Assembly (NCBI GenBank): GCA_036172245.1
Contig: JAYWIR010000016.1
Coordinates: 3,955,356 to 3,975,355 of the forward strand
Source: Raillietiella orientalis
Lineage: Eukaryota
Length of the DNA: 20,000 nucleotides
Direction of reading: 5' to 3'
The notes under the pieces are model-generated. The model worked only from the letters and a program-made list of their open reading frames with translations. It ran no database searches and was not told the DNA's origin. The position numbers and the translations under genes are program-made. Positions 10,871 to 20,000 of the stretch are shown piece by piece (within the stretch, counting starts at the first letter, position 1; every line of letters starts with the position of its first letter).

Positions 10871-11486
10871 TCCGCACTCAGACCCACGGAATTGCGGCGT
10901 GGGTCCGGAAGCTGCTTGCGAGCGCTTTGCCTCCCTCCGAGAGTCTTACTTACGGAAGGCAGATCCCGGGAGGGACAGCAACCCCCTGCGGTGCGCGTTG
11001 CGAAACAACGCTACGGCTGCCCTGACATCCCCGAAAACTGATCCCGATATCCGCCAGCTGGCTAGTTCTGAAGGCTAGGTCCCCGCGCGGGTCGCGTGAG
11101 TGACGCGTTCCTGCGGTTTCTCCGGGCAATCAGGTCCAGGGTGGTGGTGGGTGGCCGAGGATGGATGTCCAGGAAGAGACAGAGGTCAGGATCTTCGCCA
11201 CTGTTGCGACCACGTCCTGCGGAGGTCGCTCGGCAGCTCCTCCCTGCCTGAGAAGGGAACGAGGCGCGCAATGCGAGTTCAACAGCAACAAATCTTTCCT
11301 GGGGGATGGTTCTGCCTGCGCACAGTCGGGCGACCGCAACCAGCGCCCGTCGCCGCCTGCACCGCAACATCCGCGGCCGCTGGGCACACACTGTCCCCGG
11401 CAGGAAGAGCTCGCGCCCTCTGCAGTGCCATCTCTGTCTCCCCGGCAACCCCCCACTCCGGATCTTCGTGGTCCTCAAGAACCACG

Positions 11487-12335
11487 AAGAAGAACCTTCC
11501 GCCCCCTTGGAGGGGGGAGAGACGGTCACGAAGCACCCCTTTAGCACTGTCCACTCCACCCTAGGGTGTGTGGAACTCTTCAAGTTAGGAGTCAACCCCG
11601 GAGGGACTTGCCCATGAATCCAGGAAGGCTCCAGAGGAAGGAGTTTTCTCCCCTTGTGCCTGGTAGGGAGTCCTGGAGGGAACCTTTGTCCGGGTTGTCT
11701 CCAAGGGAATCCCGAAGGAAAACTTTTCCTTATTCTCTCCGGAGGGACCCCCGGAAGTGACAGTTCCATTATTTCTTCTCTGAAGGGAATCGTTCCTTGT
11801 TTTTCCTCCTGAAGAGAACCTTCCAAAAGAGACACTTCCCGATTTCTCTGAAGGGCTCTTCTTTCGAAGCGCTTCTGGCACTCTGGAGAGGCAGCCCCGA
11901 GGGGGCATCGAGCAGCTCCATTTTCACAACCGGAGAGGGAACCCCGAAGGGCTCTTTGAGTCCTAGAAAAACCCCGGAGGGAGGGTCGGCTTCCAATCCC
12001 GGCCATGCAACGAGGGCATCCGACTTCCGCACTCAAACCTGCAGGCCAGACAGTGCCATCCTGCGGGGGGGGAGAGGGCTTGAAACCCACGACTCCTGGC
12101 ACCACGCGCTGAGACCACAGCCACGCGACCGCCAACGCGGGCAGCGGTCGCCGCCCGAAATCTGCCTTCAGAGTTACCTTGGGGTCCACCCGGGACGGGA
12201 AGAGGATGTGGTACGAACCCTCCTTGTTGAGCAGTCCCTCTGGGACTTTATTTCGATTTATACTAAACCCCAAATATTTTTTATAACAATCATTTATTAT
12301 TAATATATAATACATTATCCTTTAATTAAGATGCA
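11487..12335 (-). mobile_element. Composite interspersed repeat copy 2 (internally shortened; short AT block ~12248-12335)
   Basis: Near-identical to the reverse complement of copy 3 over e.g. gaaatcgggaagYgtctcttYtggaaggttctcttcaggaggaaRaacaagga. Degenerate B-box at 12076-12088; GGCAGCGG..CCGAAAT junction at ~12140-12161. Confidence 0.8.
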
Positions 12336-12959
12336 TGTAGTGCACCCGGGGAAGCGAGAAGACTGGTAAGAGCTCGTCATCCCCGCCAGAAGGAAGGTCA
12401 GGGGGGAGGGTCGGAGAAGAGGAGCCAATAAAAAGGGAAGTTAAATGAACGGCATTTGGAAGGAAGGGAAGGGAGGGAGGTCACCGGATGCTCCTGTCAT
12501 TCCCTGGAGGAACGAGAGGAACGAGAGGTTCCGTTCCCGGCATTCCTCCGGGCACACGGAACCCTCTCCTTCCTCCTCTCAGCAGGGAGGCTGCCAGGAC
12601 CGCCATCCTGCGGTCCTCTCGCAGCTCCCAAAGTCAGCCGTAGGGTGGGGCGATCCACTTCAGACCGGTCCGCTCCGTGTTCGGCTTCGGAACGATCCGA
12701 CCAGCCTATCCCGGACCACCGCAGGGCGAGCACGGACTCGCCACGGGGTTCCCCATTCCCGGGCTTGCGTCTTCCTGCTCCGGTCGAACAGGCCGGGGGT
12801 GCGACGGGAGCCTCCTTCGGGAAGACTGAGCCGCCCCGACCAACACGAAAGGGGAAGGGGGGTCGTATCCCAGGAAACAGACTTTCCCGAAGCGGCGCCG
12901 GGCGCCGCCTCGCGACACGCGGAAGGCGGACCACCTGGTCGGGGAGGCGACCTCCGCCG

Positions 12960-15040
12960 CACTGGAAGCCGGAAGACCTCGGTGACCGCGGACGCAGATC
13001 TTCCCGGGCTGGGACGAGGCCTGCGGAAGAACTGAAGCTCACGTGGGAAGCTGCGAACCCGTCCCCGGGATAGACGTCTGCGGCCGCACGAGGGCGCCCT
13101 CGCCCTTCCCCCGGTTGCGCGGGCGACGCACCGACTCGACGGCAATCCCAGATCCCGCGTCTCCGTACTTGGCAACCGTTTTCAAGCTCGCGTCCGCGTC
13201 TTGGAGCCGACGGAAGCAGGCAGTCTGGTCCAAGGTCTGGAGAGAGAGGACGCTTCCGCTCCTCACTCGGCGACACAGTTCTTGCGCCTCCGCTGCCGTT
13301 CGTAACCCAGGAAGGAGGAGACCGACAGGGAGCCGACAACTTCTCCCTGTCTCATGTCGAATCTGCCGAAGGGCGGGCCGTGAGGGCGGGAACTTCATGA
13401 GAGATTTCTGTGGAACCCTCCTGAGTCGCACGAAGATCCGGAGGAATGCTCTGCACGAAAGACGTGACTGCGCAGGTAAAGGAGTGTGGCAATTCCTGGT
13501 TTCCATGGACTCCGAATCATTTCGCTGCCGCCGCCGCCGCGCCAGAAAAACTTCTCGGCATACTTGGGGAGCTGCTTCCGCAGAACGGAGGAAGGAGGGG
13601 GGAGAGGGAAGGGAGGAGGAAATTCTGAGAAGCGTGTATCCTAGCAGCAGGTGTCTCAGAGGTCTCTCCATTTTCGCGTGGCAGCAGGGCGGCCAGAAGG
13701 GTTCCGTTCGGGAGTGCGCGGCTCCCCCTCGCGACAAAGCATCATCTCTTTCTGCCGCAGAGGGAGGTCTCCTGGGAAAGGAGGCGGGAAGGAGGGAGGA
13801 ATCCGAGTTGAGCAAGCTCCCACCCCCGCTGGAAGGGCGCTCCCCCTCCCTCCCATCCCCTCGGGAAGGGGGACTGCTTGGACCAGACGAGGGCAATTCC
13901 AGAATTTCTCTTTTGGATTCCAGAACGCGGGCCGTGGCAGCCGGAGGACGCCCGTCAGACGCGAGACGACAGCGACGGCGGGCAGGAAGGCCAAGAGGCG
14001 GCAGGGTTCCCCATCACCGTGAGGCCCCTCCCCTGTAGGGTGCCCTCAAGGTTCAAAGAGGTGGGAATGCGCACCTGCTCTCTCGGTGGCGCGGTGCGCT
14101 CCGCGGGTTTCGAGGATCGGAAAGTCTAGGGCATTGCCGAAGGCCGGGGCACAGCTGGCCCGATGCGCTCGTCGAAGCTCAGGACGCAGGGGGGGACTTC
14201 CGCCTCGCCGATCCCGCTGGCGGTCCCGAGGGCAGGTCACCTGTCAACCCCCTCCCCCCCCCGTCCTCCGTGCCTTCCTCCTTCCCCTCCGACGGTCGCG
14301 GTCGCGTCCGGTGCCCGCCTCGAGACGCCATTCTTTCCCCGCCTCCGGGGTGCGATCCACAGAGGCCGAGCATCTGCATCTACGGCGGCACGCCCGGTCG
14401 AGGTCACCCCTGCGCCGCCCTGCGGCAGCTACGGAGGCGCTCCGGGAAGCCGGCATCGGGCGAGCGGGTAAGAGGCGAAGCGGAGGGACGCGCGCGACGC
14501 GGGAGCTCCTCTCCCCTACTTGCTTGGAGACGCCACCTTGCTTCCTCCCGGGTCCGAGACGCTTCCGAATCCGTCCGCCAGGTCGGAGGGAGGTAGGAAA
14601 GGTGGTCGGAGGTTCCCGGCCCCATGGGAACATCTCCCTCAGCAAGGAGGAGCAGGGCGACTGCCGGAACCCTCCGCGTGGAGAGACCCTCCGGGACAGA
14701 CGCCGGCATCAACCGTTGCTTCGGAGCAGCCTCCGAGGGAAGGGTCGCTGCCGACGGAGCGAGGTGACCCCACGCGGAGACCGCCTCTCCAGAGACGATC
14801 CCGTAGTCTGATGTGGACCCGCCACGCGAGTCTTCCGGAGGGAATTCGAAAGTTTCCTTGCCGTGGTCACGAGAAGGTCACATTCGCGTCCGCGCCCACT
14901 GGTTCCCAGCTTCCCCTACTTTCCGTCTCGGCATCGCGGCAGACCAGGGACGCCCTTGGCAACCGATCCGCTGAGAGGCAGCCGAGGACCAAACGAGCGG
15001 ATTCTCCAGCAGCCTCTGCTGTCGCCGCGCATAAAGGAGA
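12960..15040 (+). mobile_element. Decayed RTE-clade LINE, RT through C-terminus
   Basis: PVPGIDV (~APG.DGI), SKVWRERTLPL (~PEEWR.S.LVPI), FLVSMDSESF (~F.D.EKAF), ILRSVY, ATLLPPGSET (~TLLYGSETW), RGETLRDRRRH (~GVTLRDR.RN), LMWTRHA (~LRW.GHV), RSHSRPR (~R.RGRPR), all colinear. Confidence 0.55.
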
Positions 15041-15094
15041 CATAGATATACGGATGGACGGATAGATAGATGGATGGATGGATGGATAGATTAG
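15040..15094 (+). repeat. (GATG/GATA)n microsatellite
   Basis: ggatggacggatagatagatggatggatggatggatagattag. Confidence 0.9.
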
Positions 15095-16552
15095 TATACA
15101 AACTGATTTTAGCATACATATTTATTCATGTTATTAATGCAATTAATAATGTATATGAATATATCTCTTAAAGATAATAAAAAAGGTAAATATACGTGTT
15201 TATTATATATTTTTCTGTTTTTCACTAGTTTTCATTATCGCCTTTTTTTAAATTTTTTATAATTCCGTATTTCTTTAGCATACATTAGTATTTCTTTAGT
15301 ATATAATAAACACGTGTATATATATTGATAGTATATAATACACATTATTAATTGCATTATGAATATGTATGTTCGCATGAAGTTGTACATTATTCCATGT
15401 GTGAGTATGTATATGAATATACATGATGATCACGTGTGTTCATTTTCATGACCTTTCGAGATTTCGGCGTCCGGGGCTTCGATCGGCGCCGCTGCCTGAC
15501 GGCCGCACCTCCCCAGTCCGAGTCCGCAGCCCCTCGTCCCGAGTCCGCCATTTTCGCCACGGGGTCGAGCCGGCTAACCTGACCCTCGGCGTTGCGCGGA
15601 CCCACTGCCTGGAGACGGCCATCTTTCGGCGACTCTGCGAAGTGGGTCCGCGCCCGGTAGTTCGGAGAGGGTTCCAATCCGTGAGTCCAGTAGGTCCCCG
15701 ACTCTGCTGGGTGCTGGACGGGACAGAGGTCACTCGTGCGAGAACTCATCCTCACGACCGAGGCACGGTGACCAAACAGCCGTCTCCCAACTTGCGAAAG
15801 ACTTTTACGGCACGCCCCGGCGGCCGCGTGACTGTCGTCTCTCTGCGCTCTTGGGGCCAGGCTCGCGGATTCGAATCCCACGCAGAGAAGTGCCCACTCC
15901 AGAGGAATGGGTGCGTCGTGGGTTCGAACCCCCCTCAAGATGACTCTGGTTGGCCTGCGGGCTCTGGGTGCGGCACTGCTGGGAGCCGGAAACCGGATGC
16001 CCCAGTCGACTGGCCGCGATTCAAAGCCGACCCTCCGGGACCCTTCCGGGACGTCAAGGAGCCCTTGGGGGTTCCCCTCCGGTTGTGAAGACGAAGTCGC
16101 CCCTTCCCTCGGGAAGGGATCCCCCATCCTGTACCGTGAGGCTGGTGGATGAACGCCTCTCCAGAGTGTCCAAGAAGAGCACCGCTCCCCTCGGGGAATG
16201 TCCTTCAGGGAAATCGGGAAGCGTCTCTTCTGGAAGGTTCTCTTCAGGAGGAAGAACAAGGAGCGGTTCCCTTGCGGGATCCTTCGGAGAAGAAGCGAGG
16301 AGGGCTCTCCTCCTACGGGGGGCTCCTTCGGAGACAACCCAGGCGAGGGTTCCCTCCAATATTCCCTCCCAAGCGCAAGAGGATGGGACTCTTTCCTCCG
16401 GAGCCTTCCTGGATTCATGGGGTGACTGGTGCCCTCCTTGCTGGGGTACCTCTATAACTCAAAGAGTTGTTAGAACGCGCCCTCGGGCGGCGTGGACGGT
16501 GCTGAAGGAGAGCTTCGTGACTCCCTCGCAAGGAGGCAAGCGGTTCTTCGCC
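15095..16552 (+). mobile_element. Composite interspersed repeat copy 3 (AT foldback 15095-15450; B-box-like motifs 15669, 15867, 15920; body to ~16552)
   Basis: Reverse complement matches copies 1 and 2 in body and head. Its AT block matches copy 1 (gtgatcatcatgtatatt vs gtgctcattatgtatatt; atggaataatg vs atggattaatg). Confidence 0.8.
15110..15375. repeat. AT-rich foldback
   Basis: Perfect inverted pairs 15135-15152/15342-15359 (18 bp) and 15194-15209/15300-15315 (16 bp). Confidence 0.85.
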
Positions 16553-17369
16553 ACTCCTGGATAACCGAAAAGAAAAGCCGGAAGGGAAGCAGCGGAAGCG
16601 GAAGAACCCGAAGGCATTTCCGCACGCCTAGGCCAGCAGCAGTGACCTCCCCGTGAGGCCGCTGCTGGCCTTTTACAAAAAGAAAAAAGAAAAAAAAGTG
16701 CTCGGACCCGCGCGATTGGCGCGTCCCAAAGAGACGAACCGTCCGCCGCGGAAACGAATACGAAAGGAAACGCCTCGAGCGCGGGAGACGACGGTCAGCT
16801 GACCGCCGGGAGAGACCTGCGCGAATCTCGCCTGAGGGGAAGGAAGTGGGCGCCGAGGACGCGGCGTAGCAACGAGCGACGAACGGAACCGGGAAGAGGG
16901 AAGGCGGATCCGCGCGTCCGCGGGATGGAGGGGCGGGCAAGAGCAGGAGAGGGCGGGCTGCTGCGATCGTTATGAAGTCGCGAGCGTTTCCAACGTGACG
17001 GCCAATGCAGGAATCCGCCCCCAAAAAGGACTTCCTTCATGGTTCCACCGGGTTCGTCGTAGGAAAGTCCGCGGCTTGGGGCAGGTCGTGGGCGAAGCGG
17101 CGAAGAAGCGTCGGATCTGCCGTTCCCGCGGCGGACGATTCGTCTCTTTGGTGCGCGTGCCCACGCCGTAGGGTGTTCAAGGTCGATCAAAGAGCGGGAG
17201 TGGAGGCAAGAAGACCGCTGCTTCCTCCTCCCGTGCAGGCTGGCGCTTTGCGCCTCAAGAGTGCTTTTCCAAGAGCAGTGGTTGGATGCCGGCCAGCTTC
17301 CCTTGGGAGCTATGCGCAGCCGTACAGGAATGGGGAGGATGTCGAGCTCCGTGAACTTCATGGATGAAT

Positions 17370-17388
17370 GGGGGGGGGGGGGGGGGGG
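17370..17388 (+). repeat. Poly-G tract (19 nt)
   Basis: Read directly from the sequence. Confidence 0.9.
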
Positions 17389-17719
17389 ATGGGTTTGTGG
17401 GAATTCTTTGGTAACCTCAGCAGAGTCATCATCTCTCGCTGGGCTGAGAAAAAGACCTCGGCAGGTCCCAGAGGGCGGAAGACTCAGTCAGGTCGCAGTC
17501 GTTCGTTCTCTGCCGGAGATTGCCCGGAGCGGTGAAGGCGATGCGGTCCTTCCGTGCTGCCTCCGAGTTCATCCGGACGGACTTGGCAGGCGAGCGCAAC
17601 TTCGCCGCGACACCTCCCGGGGCTGCTCCCTGCTGGTGCCAACTCCTCGAGCGAGAAAGGACAGGCAGCGGGGGTCGACGGCGCACTCCACACCGATCCG
17701 TGTGGCACATCGCAGTGTG

Positions 17720-19100
17720 GCTCAAAAGTGCTGCCGCAGGAAAATGTTCACAGCTTCCGTACCAAAGGGACCTCTCGAACATCTGGCCCGAGGGTTTCGT
17801 TTCTCGGCCGCATTTTCGATTCTTCGATATTTCTGGCCACCCTCGACGACCAAGGTGTGTTTCTCTGCAAGTTCGGAACGGACACATGGTCACCCGAAAG
17901 TGCAGGTCGCCGCCCGATGGCAGACCGAGCGCATTTGTGGCGGCGTTCTGGAGAGGCAGAAATGCAGCCTCTCGGAAGATGCAGCAGTGGACTCGGAGAC
18001 AAGCTCCATCTGCATCGCGTTCTCGCTTCAGCTCGACGCTTCGACCGTTTCCCTGGTGAAAAAAAGGGGAGGAGGAGATTTCCGAAGACTCATTTCCGAG
18101 AGCATCCAGCAGGGAACCAGGCAGCGCGTTGCCAAGTGCTCCGATGATCTTTCGAAAGAGGAAGAAGAAGAAAAACATGGTGGCTTTGTGTTTCAAAGAC
18201 CACGATCATAATGAGGTGCGCATGCGCGCGTCGAAAATCCCCGTTCCTTGCGAGATCGTGATGCGTGCGCGCGTGCGGAGAGCTGCGCGACAGCGAACGG
18301 ATTCGAACGGTCGCGAATTCCCGAAGCGCCCGGCAAAAGCGAGCGGATCCTCGTCAGCAAAGGAAAAACACAACGGTCTGTTTCAGAACGTGAGGCTGGA
18401 AGACGACGGGCAAGCGATCCTGTCGTATTTCTCCAAAAGGTCCTCCAAGTCGGACGTTCTCTCCAGAGTGCATCAGGACGTGTCCGAAGCCATATGCAAG
18501 TGGAAAGACCTAACTGGTAAACTCGAATGCTTAGATGGGATCGAAAGTCGCCGGTCCGAAGGAGCGAACGGCGGCGTTCGCCTCTTTACCTTCCTTCTGC
18601 GTTTCCATCGGAACTCGAGGGGATGGACGGATGATGCCGGATTCCCTCCCTGGAACTTCCGCCCTAGCGTTTTCGTCTAGGGAAGGCGAAAACGCGCGAG
18701 GGCGCCCGCGAGTCACTGGCGGGCGGCACAAGTCCAGTTGCCCCACCAACCAGCTGCGGACCGCTCGAGGCACCTAGAGAGTCGCGGGCCTGGAATCGAT
18801 GCGGGCTGGAACGCGAGTGCGTTTCGAGTCCTCCTGCGAGATGACGCTGGGATCGCTCCAGGCTTCTTCGCGTGTGCTCACACTCATCATTCCTAGCACG
18901 CTCCCGAGACCACCACGAGCGATTGCCACGCTGTCGGGCCGAAAAACAAGAGTGGACCGTTCGGGTCTGCTTCGCGCGCATTTTGGGCGCGTGACCATGC
19001 AGGAGCTCTTCGACCTTCCCGCAATCATATCGAAATAGCCAACAGCGATATCCCGGAAGACCATACAAATAAAGGAGCGCACGCTTATGACAAGGTGCAG
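17720..19100 (+). pseudogene. Decayed hAT transposase, GTF2IRD2/Charlie/Buster-like
   Basis: Colinear remnants: SVPKGPLEH (~IPKKGN.ERH, BED-like), CIAFSLQLDAST (~FSLQLDESTD, first catalytic D), VALCFKDHD, LEDDGQAILSYF (~L.DDQW..DLAF), LRAHFG...AIISK* (~LTALFGSTY...KIIKSKY). Frameshifts and stops throughout. Confidence 0.55.
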
Positions 19101-20000
19101 GGGAGATGGTTGAATACGTGTGCATTGATGTACAAGTATTCATGTACCTCCTCACTCGCGTATCCATGCATGGATACTTAACGTACCCAGCCGCCTTTCC
19201 TCCTCTAGCGCCCTCCAACCCACCCCACCCGCGGCTCCCAGGAATGCCGCGCCGAACGCTCGCGTCCAAAGCGCCCCCTGGAAGAGAGACAGGTAGACGG
19301 AGTTCGGTCCCTATGGAGGATGGTGGGGAGGGGGGAAGAATGTGCACTGCCCACGCAGCCGTCCGGAGGACAGCTCCCACTCGCCCTCCGGGTGACTCCG
19401 CCCGCGAGCGCACGGACACGCAGGCCCAGCTCGCGCGGGTGTCTGGAAGGACCTTAGCATTGCAGTTGCTGCACCGGATGGTCCCATGAAACGAGAGAGT
19501 CCACTCCTGAACGACAGGGAGCTGCGACCTCAGACTGTCGGATGCGGGGACGGAAAACCTCCCCGCACCTGTTGCTGGATTGTGTTGCTGCTCTCCTGGG
19601 TGTCTGAAACGCGTCGCTGCGGCCCTCCCACTCCCGATGGACGACGGCAAGGGGTGGGGGAAGTTTTGCGGCACCTCTTCGCGAGCTACTCGACGTCGCC
19701 GTCTGCGGCTTAACTTGCAGTTCCGTTATGCCTCCGTAGGACCGTGACGGCGAGAAGCCGTGCCGAAAGAGGCTAGTCGGACAGCGAGGTCATCCCAATC
19801 GTGTGCCTCCTTCGTGGGAAGGCGACAAGATGGTCGCATCCCTTCCAGCAGAAGGAGTTGCCAAGATCCTCCAAAGGATACTGAGGACGCCAGGAAGAAA
19901 TCCGTGACCCTTTCCTCCCTCCCTCTCCCCATTTCTTTTTTTTCTCCTGAATCTTTGCGCGCGCACGTGTTTTTTTGTTTTTGTCTACCCCTTTCCTCCC

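Noticed and set aside
11062..12315. 417-aa ORF (and 342-aa ORF 15390-16418) sharing peptides such as FLLKRTFQKR with other ORFs
   Set aside because: Shared peptides reflect the DNA repeat; frames are not conserved among copies.
15815..15935. Possible tRNA genes at B-box motifs (also 2960-3015)
   Set aside because: No acceptor stem or cloverleaf could be built; they are part of a repeat family.
17960..17995. Minus-strand VHCCIFREA resembling the hAT CxxH motif
   Set aside because: Isolated; the colinear hAT motifs are on the plus strand, so this is coincidental.
468..19100. Apparent all-plus-strand orientation of TE fossils
   Set aside because: A minus-strand fragment appears at ~10470-10870, and my reading was biased toward the plus strand.
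1..20000. Prokaryotic systems (CRISPR array, operon, defence island)
   Set aside because: Spliceosomal introns and LINE fossils show eukaryotic DNA; no regularly spaced direct repeats were seen.
19905..20000. Pyrimidine-rich end as a possible splice acceptor
   Set aside because: No AG or exon visible within the window.

Overview
Eukaryotic (probably invertebrate metazoan) genomic DNA, GC-rich with sharply bounded AT-rich islands. The only intact gene I can support is a spliced, plus-strand kinesin-2 of the KIF17/OSM-3 type. Eight exons (182-8759) have canonical GT-AG sites and consistent phases, a ninth terminal exon is likely (9360-9433), and the N-terminus lies upstream of the window. Introns and downstream DNA are largely decayed transposons: several RTE-clade LINE fossils, a possible CR1/L2 endonuclease fragment and a GTF2IRD2/Charlie-like hAT transposase fossil. 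The most unusual feature is a dispersed composite repeat (three copies plus a probable partial fourth) that joins an AT-rich foldback block, several tRNA-like B-box segments and a ~600 bp GC-rich body. All protein similarities were judged by eye from remembered family motifs, not by database search.
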